Counted from the first letter of the stretch, positions 1 through 9,146 are shown. The stretch: 64,000 nt of DNA from a bacterium (GCA_037444905.1 JBBILN010000031.1:1-64000), one strand, 5' to 3'. Numbers and translations: made by a program. The notes: generated by a model from the letters alone, not told the origin.

Positions 1-88
1 GCCATCGCGTTGAATAAAAGACAAAGAACAGGATCAAGATAACATATAGGATGGATTAAGACCAACGGATGTTTTGTCCGTTGGTCTT

Positions 89-943
89 CTATTCTCGTTC
101 CACCAACTTTCGCTGCACGAGCACCACCATCAGCACAATCACCGCGAACGCAAAGCCCAGCGTGGCGGCGTAGCCCATGTGATAGAAGAAAAATCCCTGC
201 TTGTAAATGTAAAGCATGGCGGAGAGCGTGCGATTCATCGGGCCGCCGCCGGTCATGACATACGGCTCGATGAAGAGCGAAAAGCCGCCGATGGTGGAGA
301 GAATAACGACCATGAAAATCGTGGGGTTCAACATCGGCAGCGTGACGCGCCAAAATTTTTGCCAGGCACCGGCGCCGTCGATGCTGGCGGCTTCGTACAT
401 CTGCGGCGGCACGCTTTGCAGGCCGACCAGAAAGAGGACGATATACAACCCGACGTTTTTCCACGTGGCCATGAGCGCAATTGCCGGCATCGCCATCTTC
501 GGCTCGATCAGCCAGCCGATTTTCGGCAAACCGATTTGCGCCAGCAACGCATTGAGCACGCCGGTGTCTTTGGCGTAAAGTTGATCCCACAAAATCGCGA
601 TGACCACGCCGCTCACCACCACCGGTAGAAAGAACGCTGCTCTGAAGAAGCCTCGCAGTTTGATCCGCTCGTTCAGTTGAATAGCTAGAAACAGCGCGAC
701 AGCGATTTGCAGCGGAATGTGCAGCAGCAGGAAGAGGCCGGTGTTCAGCATCGCCTGCCAGAACAGGTTGTCGCGAAAAAGTTTGGCAAAATTATCCAAC
801 CCCACCCAGACCATCGGCGAGACGATGTCCCAGCGGTGAAAGAGCAGCACCAGCGAGAACACCAGCGGAAAGCCGATGAAAATGGCGAAATGGAGCGCGT
901 AGGGGGTGACGAACAAATAGCCTATGTGATTGCGACGGCGCAT
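89..943 (-). CDS. Carbohydrate ABC transporter permease (MalF/UgpA-like, binding-protein-dependent inner membrane component)
   Basis: 284-aa ORF with six TM segments and the typical permease loop; it lies directly downstream of a solute-binding protein gene on the same strand. Confidence 0.8.
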   Translation of the reverse strand: MRRRNHIGYLFVTPYALHFAIFIGFPLVFSLVLLFHRWDIVSPMVWVGLDNFAKLFRDNLFWQAMLNTGLFLLLHIPLQIAVALFLAIQLNERIKLRGFFRAAFFLPVVVSGVVIAILWDQLYAKDTGVLNALLAQIGLPKIGWLIEPKMAMPAIALMATWKNVGLYIVLFLVGLQSVPPQMYEAASIDGAGAWQKFWRVTLPMLNPTIFMVVILSTIGGFSLFIEPYVMTGGGPMNRTLSAMLYIYKQGFFFYHMGYAATLGFAFAVIVLMVVLVQRKLVERE

Positions 944-955
944 CGAAATAGATAG

Positions 956-1122
956 TTGGATTTTTGGATCGTTGGATTAATGGATTGTTGGAGTTTTGGA
1001 TTGTTGGATTGTTGGAACGCTGAAGTACTGGAATGTCCAACATTCTATTTTGCCCCATCGATCCAACAATCCATCGATCCAACAATCCATCGATCCAATA
1101 ATCCAGCTATCCAATTTTTTCG
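956..1122. repeat. Intergenic inverted tandem-repeat element: left arm about 8 copies of nnTTGGAT, right arm 3 copies of ATCGATCCAACAATCC
   Basis: Read directly in the sequence. The two arms are reverse complements (TTGGAT/ATCCAA) and can fold into one long imperfect hairpin between the binding-protein and permease genes. The same 22-mer 'atccaa(c/t)aatccagctatcca' recurs at 21907-21928. Confidence 0.7.
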
Positions 1123-1123
1123 T

Positions 1124-2401
1124 TCACTCGAGAATCAACCTCACCCGTTTTGCCGCATCCCGCACGGCCTCTTCCGGCGATTTTGCGGCGTAGACGACCG
1201 CGGCTTCGTATTCCTGCGAGATGGCATCGAAGACTTCTTTCATCACCGGCGATTGATCGATGCCGCGGACATGCTCGGCCTGTTGCGCGAAGGCAACCAT
1301 GCGCGGGTTCTTGGCGAAATAATCGGCAAAAAGAGAATCGTTTAGCATGCCTTTGCGCAGCGGCAATTGGCTGGCGATCTGGAGCAGGCGCAGATCATTC
1401 CGGCGCGAGACCATGAATTTGACAAACTCCCACGCGGCTTTCGGTTGTTGACAGGTGGAAAAGATGACGATGTTCTTCAAATCGCCATACGTGTAAACCG
1501 GCCCACGATGACCGTCCGGCACCGGCATCGGCGCAAAGTCGTATTCAAATCCTTCCGGTTTGTATTTTTCCGCGTGGCTGATTTCCCACGGACCGGTGAA
1601 ACGCGAGGCGGCTTTCCCCAACAGAAAAAAATCGACGGTGGCGGACATTTTTTGCTTTGGGAAATAATCCTCACGAAACAGGATTTGCAAAAATTTCATC
1701 GCGGCAACGGCGCTGGCATTCTCAAACAACACGCTATCGCCGGAGACCAAAGTATTCCCGCCGCCGGCGGCAAGGTACAACGGATAAAAATCAAAAAAGC
1801 GCTGCCACCACAAAACGCGAATGTCACTCATGCCTATCCAGCTTGATAAATCGTGACGCAACTTCGCGGCGGCGGCAATGTACTCGGAATAAGTGGAAGG
1901 CGCGTTATCAAAGCCGGCTTGCCGGAACAGCTTGACGTTGTACATCATCATGATGGGATTGGTTTTCCAGGGCATCTGATAAAGCTTGCCGTTACGGGAA
2001 CGCGCTTGCGCGACAACGTCAACGGCACAACGCGAGTTGAGCACACTGTCGCAATCCGCAAATTGATCGAGCGCGATGAGCGCTTGGGCGCGAACATAAA
2101 ATTCAACATCACCGGGCCAAACGTTGGAATAAATATCGGGCGTGGTGCGACCGGCGATGGCCGCCAGAATCACTTCTTCGCTGGATTGCCCCTCCGGAAT
2201 CGGCTGATGATGGACGCGCATCTCGGGATACATCTCGTTCCACTCTTTCACCACCGCGCGCGCCACTTCTTGCTCGTAGGGATTGTTGGCTGACCAGTAG
2301 AGCAACTCCGGGCGGCTGTAAGCTTTCTCGCTGCTGCAGCCGCTCGCAGAGAGCATGGCGAGAAATCCTAAAACAACCACGCGCCAAAGCCGCAGGCTCA
2401 T
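1124..2401 (-). CDS. ABC transporter extracellular solute-binding protein (family 1, sugar-binding lipoprotein)
   Basis: The ORF has a lipoprotein-type signal (MSLRLWRVVVLGFLAMLSASGC). I place the start at the ATG at 2401 rather than at the ORF-track start 2488. It sits upstream of the permease. Confidence 0.8.
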   Translation of the reverse strand: MSLRLWRVVVLGFLAMLSASGCSSEKAYSRPELLYWSANNPYEQEVARAVVKEWNEMYPEMRVHHQPIPEGQSSEEVILAAIAGRTTPDIYSNVWPGDVEFYVRAQALIALDQFADCDSVLNSRCAVDVVAQARSRNGKLYQMPWKTNPIMMMYNVKLFRQAGFDNAPSTYSEYIAAAAKLRHDLSSWIGMSDIRVLWWQRFFDFYPLYLAAGGGNTLVSGDSVLFENASAVAAMKFLQILFREDYFPKQKMSATVDFFLLGKAASRFTGPWEISHAEKYKPEGFEYDFAPMPVPDGHRGPVYTYGDLKNIVIFSTCQQPKAAWEFVKFMVSRRNDLRLLQIASQLPLRKGMLNDSLFADYFAKNPRMVAFAQQAEHVRGIDQSPVMKEVFDAISQEYEAAVVYAAKSPEEAVRDAAKRVRLILE

Positions 2402-2511
2402 TGGAGTGAGATCAATTTTTTCCAATCGTGGTAATGCCAACATTCGCAAAATTTCTTTTAATAAGCTTTGATCGGCCAATTGTTCCAAACGCTCCAGACT
2501 GGCAGTCTGGG

Positions 2512-5500
2512 CTACTTCAACATCAAAAGCTTGCGTTTCTCAACAAAACCTTCTGCCTTCATCTCATACACGTAGATGCCGGAAGTGACATTACGGCCAT
2601 TGTTGTTTTTTCCATCCCACTGCGCCGAGTATTCGCCTGCCGGTTTTTGCTGATCTGTGAGCAACCGCACTTCGTGCCCAAGCAGATCATAGATTCTTAT
2701 CGTGACATGTCCAGGCTCACGGAGTTGGTAACGAATCGTCGTTTGCGCGTTAAACGGATTGGGATAGTTTTGCTGCAAAGCGTTCTCGAAGGGCACGGCA
2801 TTCTGTTGCCGGTTATCAACAGCAGTGCCGATATCATACAACTTTTCAATCTCCGCCACGGAAAGCGCATAATTGTAGATGCGAACGTCGTCAATCACGC
2901 CGTTGAAATTATAATTCCGGTTGTTGGGCAGCACCTGCCCGATCATCAAATCGATTGTAGTTTGCAGGAGGGCGCCAGCCCACGACGAGAAGGCATCCAG
3001 CTCGCCGTTCACATAAATTTCAAAATCGGCGCCGCTGTAGAGCGCGGTGAGATTGTACCATTTGTCCGCGACGAATTTGGTTTTCGAATCCAAATCTTTG
3101 ATGCCGGCGTTGACGGAATGATTGGTTTTGACCGTCCAGCGGCCGCCGCCATTCGTAATCGAAACCTTCCAGCGGTTTTCCCAATTACCATGTGAAATTG
3201 GATAAGCCTCGCGATCGTAAAATTGCCCGATCTTCATCCAAAGATTGATGGTGATGGCTTGCTGGAAATTGAGAACGGGCTGGTTGGGAATTCGAATATA
3301 GTCATCGACACCGTCAAAAGCGTAAGCGCGATTGGCTTGCCCAAAGCGATCGGCGACAAGCGTTGCGCCGGAAACCGTGCCGTGATTGCCGTTGCCGCTT
3401 GCGTCATTGGCATTGCCGTTGAATGGATAATAAGCAACAAGATCGCCGGTTTGAACTTTTGAGAAGTCACGAACGCGAATGCCGATGCTATCCACGGCTT
3501 GGCCGCCGCGACCGTCTTCGATCTGGCAGACAATGAAATAATCACCTTCGCTCATCGGTGACATCCACTTGACGGTCGAGCCGCTGCCAGTCAAAGTGCC
3601 GCGCGCTGCAATCCAGGAATAAAATAATGTATCGCCATCGGGATCATTCGCGGTGCAGATCAATTCTGTCGTTGCACCCATGTCGATCTTTCCGGGACGC
3701 ACTTTCAGTGCGGAAATGCTCGGTGCGTGATTGATCGAGCTAACGACTTCGAGCTGCACCGCCGCCGAATCTCGCGCGCCGTGGTCATCATCCACAAGAC
3801 ATTGAACAATGTAACTTCCCTGTGAAATCGGAGCGGTCCAGCCGATCTGTGCACCACTGCCGATTATCGTCCCGTCCGTTGCTTTCCATGTGTAGGACAA
3901 TTCATCCGCATTTCGATCAGTAGCGGTGCAATAAATCGTCGTGGCTTCACCAATGAGCAACGTTGACTTTTTTGCAGCAAGACTTTTGATTCGCGGCGGG
4001 TAATTTGTAACGGCTTGGCCGGAACGATAATCGACAACGACGCCATCAATTAACATTTTGTCGAGATCATAAGTAATGGCGCCGCCTGCCGGAGTAATCA
4101 CGACTAGAACGGCGGCATCAACGGGGATCGTTAAATTGATTTTCCCGCTCACGTTGGTTCGCAAAAAATTATTGCTGACCGCGTCATAAAGATCATGCTG
4201 GTCGCTGCCAACTTCAATTTCAACAGTTTTCTCAGTATCGTAGGGATTGAAATAGAGAAATGTGGGATAGGCGGCATCATGAAAATAGTCGGTTTTCAAA
4301 ACATTCAATTGCAAAATTTTTTCGACATTGCTCGTGTCGATAATGCCGCCCAAGATGCCTACGTGCGATGATCCATACAGTGCCAGATTGGTTTTTCCCC
4401 ATCCGCCACTGATCGCGTCACCTGTTGCATAAGGACTGGCACCGAACACTAATCTGCGCATGGCTTCGTGTGCGATGTAAGAGTTGGGATCGTATTGCCG
4501 CGCCCACTCTTCGCTGTCTTGATTCTGGTCGGGCAAATACTTCGGGTAAAATAACCGGGCGGCATTCGCCGCATTTAGCACCCACTTACCGATGGCGCGG
4601 GCGAAACGATCATCATAGCGCACGAGCGGAACCAACGCGCCGATTTGCTCAAACGTGTTCATCGCAAAGGCGTAGTCATTGCCACTGACTTCGCCGATTA
4701 AACCGGAGCAATCATATCCGCCCCAATTGCCAACGATGGCGCCCCATTGCCGCAGCGGGCCGACGTTAAAGCACCAATTGACCAGTTTGGCGACTTCATA
4801 AGTGGTGCCGATTTCGGCATTCATGCGAGCGGCGGTGTAAACGCCATAAGGCAGTTGCAGTTCATACGAAGGATTCGAATTCCAATTACTCAAAAACTCC
4901 ATCGCCCATTCGGCGCCGATACGATACTGCGGATTTTTTGTTTCAACATACGCGTTATAGAGCAGCCAGGCAATGGCGCCCGCGGCTTCCGGCTCGGGCA
5001 CGCCGCTCGCATACGGCGTCATGTTCGAGAGATACCAGCCGCGATAGTTCATGTTCGGAACATTCCACGGCGTGGCGCTGCCCCCCATTTTTTCGACGGC
5101 TTTCAACCATTGATTTGCCACTGAGGTGAATTGAAAGGCAAAGTCACCGGTGTTGGGGTATATGTCGTAAAGTTGGTAGAAAAAAACATTAGGCATGGTG
5201 GCGTACCACCAGTCATCGCCGCTTTGGGTCACGGGATGATTGAGATAGACATTTTCCTCCGGCCGCCGGTTGAAAAACTCTTCGCACATCAACACCCAAT
5301 TTTCGCCCTTCTGTTTGCTCTTGTCAATTCCCACCAAGCTGGCGCCGATGACCGCCGGCAGCAAATTAATGGCTTCGGCGGAATTGGGAACTGTCGTGCC
5401 GACCACCGTGTGCAATCCAAAGCTGAGGTGGTTCGGATAATTCACCGGGTTCGTCTGCCGCCAGATCAATGGCAAATATTGTCCGGTGCGATTAAAATCG

Positions 5501-5694
5501 AAAACCAAAGAATCGTAACCCAGGGTGACTTGTTTCCAATCTCGCATTTGATATGGCACTGGCAGATTCGGCATCATGTCGATGCGGTTGATGGCAATTT
5601 GCTGCGCGAAGCTATTTGCAGCAAACAGAAATGTCGCGGCGATGGCGAATGCGCATTGACCTAGCGGAGGTGGTTTTAAGCCAAGCTTATTCAT
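2512..5694 (-). CDS. Large secreted multidomain protein with a T9SS C-terminal sorting domain (N-terminal hydrolase-like region, PKD-like repeats, LamG/concanavalin-like domain)
   Basis: A signal peptide (MNKLGLKPP...AANSFAQQ) begins at the ATG at 5694. There is a LamG-like segment (LVAYYPFNGNANDASGNGNHG...YAFDGVDDYIRIP) and PKD-like repeats (DxDGD...YSW). The C-terminus is 'QNYPNPFNAQTTIRYQL...IYDLLGHEVRLL...GEYSAQWDGKNNNGRNVTSGIYVYEM', a type-A T9SS sorting domain. Confidence 0.75.
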   Translation of the reverse strand: MNKLGLKPPPLGQCAFAIAATFLFAANSFAQQIAINRIDMMPNLPVPYQMRDWKQVTLGYDSLVFDFNRTGQYLPLIWRQTNPVNYPNHLSFGLHTVVGTTVPNSAEAINLLPAVIGASLVGIDKSKQKGENWVLMCEEFFNRRPEENVYLNHPVTQSGDDWWYATMPNVFFYQLYDIYPNTGDFAFQFTSVANQWLKAVEKMGGSATPWNVPNMNYRGWYLSNMTPYASGVPEPEAAGAIAWLLYNAYVETKNPQYRIGAEWAMEFLSNWNSNPSYELQLPYGVYTAARMNAEIGTTYEVAKLVNWCFNVGPLRQWGAIVGNWGGYDCSGLIGEVSGNDYAFAMNTFEQIGALVPLVRYDDRFARAIGKWVLNAANAARLFYPKYLPDQNQDSEEWARQYDPNSYIAHEAMRRLVFGASPYATGDAISGGWGKTNLALYGSSHVGILGGIIDTSNVEKILQLNVLKTDYFHDAAYPTFLYFNPYDTEKTVEIEVGSDQHDLYDAVSNNFLRTNVSGKINLTIPVDAAVLVVITPAGGAITYDLDKMLIDGVVVDYRSGQAVTNYPPRIKSLAAKKSTLLIGEATTIYCTATDRNADELSYTWKATDGTIIGSGAQIGWTAPISQGSYIVQCLVDDDHGARDSAAVQLEVVSSINHAPSISALKVRPGKIDMGATTELICTANDPDGDTLFYSWIAARGTLTGSGSTVKWMSPMSEGDYFIVCQIEDGRGGQAVDSIGIRVRDFSKVQTGDLVAYYPFNGNANDASGNGNHGTVSGATLVADRFGQANRAYAFDGVDDYIRIPNQPVLNFQQAITINLWMKIGQFYDREAYPISHGNWENRWKVSITNGGGRWTVKTNHSVNAGIKDLDSKTKFVADKWYNLTALYSGADFEIYVNGELDAFSSWAGALLQTTIDLMIGQVLPNNRNYNFNGVIDDVRIYNYALSVAEIEKLYDIGTAVDNRQQNAVPFENALQQNYPNPFNAQTTIRYQLREPGHVTIRIYDLLGHEVRLLTDQQKPAGEYSAQWDGKNNNGRNVTSGIYVYEMKAEGFVEKRKLLMLK

Positions 5695-5707
5695 AAAACC
5701 AAACCAC

Positions 5708-5760
5708 GAAGACACAAAGACACAAAGGCACAAAGACACAAAGACACAAAGGCACAAAGA
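5708..5760. repeat. Octamer microsatellite (GACACAAA/GGCACAAA) x6.5, with a higher-order 24-bp period
   Basis: Read directly: gacacaaagacacaaaggcacaaagacacaaagacacaaaggcacaaaga. It lies 14 bp upstream of the start codon of the minus-strand T9SS gene (5694) and immediately left of the IS110 element. Confidence 0.8.
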
Positions 5761-5848
5761 TTCTATATTGAAATGTAGCACATGAGCTTTCGAGTCGTTA
5801 GCTTGGGACAAATCTATTGCGTCGCTCACTTCCTCCCAGGAGAGAACC

Positions 5849-6916
5849 ATGCGCTACTTCAACAACGTTTCCGAGTTCGTCGCCCAGAAAACCGTGTTTT
5901 GCGGCATCGACATGCACTTCAAACACTGGAACGTTTGCGTGCTCTGTGACGGCGAAGTCGTCGAAGAAGTTCGGATTGACGGCAACATCATCCGTTTGCT
6001 CAATCTCTTGAAGCTCTATTCGACGGCGCGTCAAGTGCGCATCGTTTACGAAGCCGGCTTTTGCGGTTTCTGGGTGTATCGGCAGTTGAATGCGCAAGGC
6101 TACTCTTGCATGATCACGCCGCCGAGCCTGTTGCCTCAGCCGCACGACAAGGTTAAAACCAACCGCCGCGATGCCAAGGCGCTGGCAGGTTATTTGGCGG
6201 CGGGTCTGCTGAAAGCGGTTTACGTTCCGCCGCCGGAAGTCGAAGCCGATCGCCGCGTCGTGCGTCGTCGCGGGCAAGTGAGGAAGAACATGACCCGCAC
6301 CAAGAACCAGATTAAATCGTTCCTGCACCTGCACGGCCTCAAAGCGCCAGAAGAAGCGGGTTCCAAATGGAGTCACGATTATATCACTTGGCTGAAACAA
6401 CTCAAATGGGAGCATCATTCCGATGCGTTTACGTTGCAGAATATGCTCATGAGCTATGAGCACCAGCGTGAAGAGTTGGCCCAGGTGACACGTCAGTTGC
6501 GGCAACTCTCGCGTGAACTCCGCTATACGGAAGACTTCAAACGCTTGACCGCGGCGCGCGGCGTGGGCTTGATTACGGGGATGACCTTTCTCTTAGAGAT
6601 TTTTGATTTCGGCCGTTTTCGCCGGGCCGAGCAGTTTGCGAGTTATCTCGGTTTGACGCCCGCGCAGTATTCTTCTGGTGAAAAAGTTCGGCTCGGTCAT
6701 ATTACGCGCCAGGGCAACGCGCACTTGCGCGCAGTGTTGATTGAAAGCGCGTGGACCGTGATTCGCCACGATCCCCATTTGCGCGAGAAATATGATCGCA
6801 TTCGGCAACGCGGTGTCAATGGCAAGAAGGCCATTGTCGCAGTCGCACGCAGCCTCGCGATCCGCTTACGGAGCTGTCTGCTGAATGAACAAGAATATGT
6901 GATTGGTGTATGTTGA
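5849..6916 (+). CDS. IS110-family transposase (DEDD N-terminal domain plus IS116/IS110/IS902 C-terminal domain)
   Basis: 355 aa with 'CGIDMHFKHWNVCVL' (GIDxxK catalytic start), 'NRRDAKALAGYLAAGLL', '...YLGLTPAQYSSGEKVRLGHITRQGNAHLRAVLIESAWTVIRH'. A Shine-Dalgarno sequence AGGAGAG lies upstream. The true start may be slightly internal. Confidence 0.85.
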   Translation: MRYFNNVSEFVAQKTVFCGIDMHFKHWNVCVLCDGEVVEEVRIDGNIIRLLNLLKLYSTARQVRIVYEAGFCGFWVYRQLNAQGYSCMITPPSLLPQPHDKVKTNRRDAKALAGYLAAGLLKAVYVPPPEVEADRRVVRRRGQVRKNMTRTKNQIKSFLHLHGLKAPEEAGSKWSHDYITWLKQLKWEHHSDAFTLQNMLMSYEHQREELAQVTRQLRQLSRELRYTEDFKRLTAARGVGLITGMTFLLEIFDFGRFRRAEQFASYLGLTPAQYSSGEKVRLGHITRQGNAHLRAVLIESAWTVIRHDPHLREKYDRIRQRGVNGKKAIVAVARSLAIRLRSCLLNEQEYVIGVC

Positions 6917-7181
6917 AGTTTGAACGTGTGCTCTTACGACTTGCGGCTACTTTGGGCCGACCGCGTTTTGTGCGTAAACAACATGCTGTGTTTGTGACAT
7001 GAAAGCTTGTCACAAAGACTGCGGCGGCCCATTTAAACTACGAACGAGAAACTTGTCGGCCATGAGCTTGGTGCTTCGCGCCACTCGTGGACTACGAATA
7101 GCAGGCTGTCTTCCCCGAGTCGTCAAGAGTTGAAGTTTTCAACCGGTGTTGGTGTTCTTTTATAAATTCGTTTATACAACT

Positions 7182-7269
7182 CCCGTCGTTCGACCCAAAA
7201 GCCGGTCGAACGACGGGGCTTCGGGAGAAGTGTTGTGCCCCAAAAGCCGGCACAACACTTCTCCCGAAG
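7182..7269. other. Two adjacent perfect hairpins (14-bp and 21-bp stems) whose apical loops share the sequence 5'-CAAAAGCC-3'
   Basis: Read directly: CCCGTCGTTCGACC-caaaagcc-GGTCGAACGACGGG, then CTTCGGGAGAAGTGTTGTGCC-ccaaaagcc-GGCACAACACTTCTCCCGAAG, followed by TTTGAATAAAAAAAAC. They sit in the 3' flank of the IS110 transposase. Confidence 0.7.
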
Positions 7270-7460
7270 TTTGAATAAAAAAAACAAATAGTGCTTGCAT
7301 TTCATATAGCAGGCACGAAGAAAGGAAGCTTAAATCTACTTTATCAGGTTATCTTGCTCGGCCCACGAAACACGCAAAATACACTAAAAAGGTTTTTCGC
7401 GTTTTTCGTGTATTTAGTGGGCACAAATTTGAATGTGACTATGCAAAATTTATCCAGCAA

Positions 7461-9146
7461 TCATTCCCACAACTTCCAATCGAAATCAATCGTCGGAAAA
7501 CCTGGGCGAGGAAACGTGCCGCCTTTTTTGGCCACGATGATGTCAATCGCTTTCGGCTCCACTTCGCTACCTGCCGGCAGAGCGTCGAGCGCGGCGTGGT
7601 TGATGGTCACGGGGTATTTGCTTTTGAGCGCGTTAATATGATGCAGCAGGTTTTTCGTCATCTCTTCAGTATAGCAATCCTGGCGCACTTGTTCTTTGAC
7701 TTGATCATAAGGCCGAATCTTGCCCTGGCGATCGCGGTATTGGCGACTGTTGGTTGCATAGAACTGCTGAGCCTTTTCGTCGGTCATTTCAATTGATTTC
7801 AGGATTTCTTCTATGGCTCTGGCGTAAACGATTTTTTCTTGCCACCATTGCCTTTGTTTCTGCACAGTGGGGCGATTTTGCAGCCCGCGCTCGAAAGCGC
7901 GCGAGGTGAGCAGTTTGTCGCGCACGCTGCGCCACACGATTTGTTGCAACGACGCCGACAAAGCCTGCGGTGAAGTGGTGTTGAAACGAATATAGGCACG
8001 GCGCGCCTGGTACCACGTCCAAAAATCTTCAAAAAGAAAATTCTGATCCGTCAACCGCACCAATGTCTCGCCACGGTAGTGCGCGAGGTTGAGCGAATCC
8101 AGCGGGCCGGCTTCGGACATCAGCGTTTTGGTGAGATTCCACTCTTGGTATTTTTCAGACGGAAGGATGGACTTGCCGATGATCGCGCGCAGCGCATTGA
8201 ATGGTCGCCGAACAATGACAGGGTTGCGCTCCCGCAGCATTTGATCCACATACTGATCGGAAAGCGCATCGGCCTTTCGTTGAACCAGAGCACGTTCGAG
8301 ATCATATTCCTGCTTTACACGCTCGGTTTCAGTCATCACCGGATTCGTCCATACGTTCGTGATCTGCACCAGATAGAATCCATCCGGCGTTTCGACAGGT
8401 GGCGAGATCTCGCCCAACGCGAGCTTGTCAACGACGCGCGCCATTTCGGGATTTTGACTCTCCAAACGAAATTTGGTGATTTCAAGCGAGCGATCACTCG
8501 CGGAAATGGAATCACTAAGCTGCGACTTGAACAGCATGTCAAAGGATGCACCCTTCGCCAATTGATCGGAATAGTGTTTCAGCGTTTCTTTGTGCGGCGC
8601 AAAGAGCCATTTCAACTCGAGGTGAATCCGTTCTTTGGCGAGAGCTTCTTCCATTTCTTTTGGCGTGATGGAAACTTTGCTCAGCACGTCGTCACGATAA
8701 AGCTCTTCGGTGGCGAGATCGCCTTCAAATTCTTTCAATGTCGAGGTGACTTGACGATCTTCTGCCAAGCCACGGCCGTAGCCCTCCAACGCCATGAGCT
8801 TTTCATAGATCATAAAATTGAGATGGCGTTTTCTGGCGTTGTTGCCTTTTTTGACGAAGGCCGGGCCGAATTCGTAGCTCATCAAAAATTCTTCTGCGGT
8901 GATGTCAAGATTGCCGACGCGCGCGACCACGACGGTGTCCATGCCTGGGGGCACAAGTGTGTTGCGAGCGGAGTGGTCTTTTTTATCGGCGAAGCCAACG
9001 CTGGCCAATACGCCAATACATAAAAAAGAAAAATTCACGCAAAGACGCGAAGCCGCCGAGACAATGCCAAGGAAGGCTCTTTGCGTATCCTTTACTCTGC
9101 GCCTTTGCGTAGGGCTTTTGATTTTTCTTTTACAGCTCAATTTCAT
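7461..9146 (-). CDS. PpiC-type peptidyl-prolyl cis-trans isomerase (SurA/PpiD-like periplasmic chaperone)
   Basis: Rotamase motif '...ALGEISPPVETPDGFYLVQITNV' and a SurA-N-like helical region. The hydrophobic signal 'VNFSFLCIGVLASVGFA' suggests the real start is internal (possibly GTG), so the 5' end is uncertain. Confidence 0.55.
   Translation of the reverse strand: MKLSCKRKIKSPTQRRRVKDTQRAFLGIVSAASRLCVNFSFLCIGVLASVGFADKKDHSARNTLVPPGMDTVVVARVGNLDITAEEFLMSYEFGPAFVKKGNNARKRHLNFMIYEKLMALEGYGRGLAEDRQVTSTLKEFEGDLATEELYRDDVLSKVSITPKEMEEALAKERIHLELKWLFAPHKETLKHYSDQLAKGASFDMLFKSQLSDSISASDRSLEITKFRLESQNPEMARVVDKLALGEISPPVETPDGFYLVQITNVWTNPVMTETERVKQEYDLERALVQRKADALSDQYVDQMLRERNPVIVRRPFNALRAIIGKSILPSEKYQEWNLTKTLMSEAGPLDSLNLAHYRGETLVRLTDQNFLFEDFWTWYQARRAYIRFNTTSPQALSASLQQIVWRSVRDKLLTSRAFERGLQNRPTVQKQRQWWQEKIVYARAIEEILKSIEMTDEKAQQFYATNSRQYRDRQGKIRPYDQVKEQVRQDCYTEEMTKNLLHHINALKSKYPVTINHAALDALPAGSEVEPKAIDIIVAKKGGTFPRPGFPTIDFDWKLWE

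Larger units (their letters stand above)
5780..7270 (+). mobile_element. IS110-family insertion sequence (approximate extent; the ends are not defined by terminal inverted repeats)
   Basis: An intact DEDD-type transposase ORF (5849-6916) is followed by a long non-coding, highly structured flank; IS110-family elements characteristically lack terminal inverted repeats. Confidence 0.4.

Noticed and set aside
956-1345. ORF-track peptides 956-1345, 996-1193 and 792-1085 (MDFWIVGLMDCW..., MDCWIVG...) and the N-terminal 35 residues of the 20814-21932 ORF (MMDSWIVGLLF...)
   Set aside because: They are simply translations of the TTGGAT/ATCCAA repeat arrays (low-complexity 'DxWIVG' periodicity) with no start context. 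I treat them as non-coding repeat elements. The adh gene is started at 21827.
5694-5850. N-terminal extension of the T9SS gene in the ORF track (MVLSWEEV...SLCLCVFVSLCLCVFVS) reaching 5850
   Set aside because: The extension is a translation of the octamer microsatellite and the IS110 flank. A proper signal peptide begins at the ATG at 5694, so the CDS is started there.
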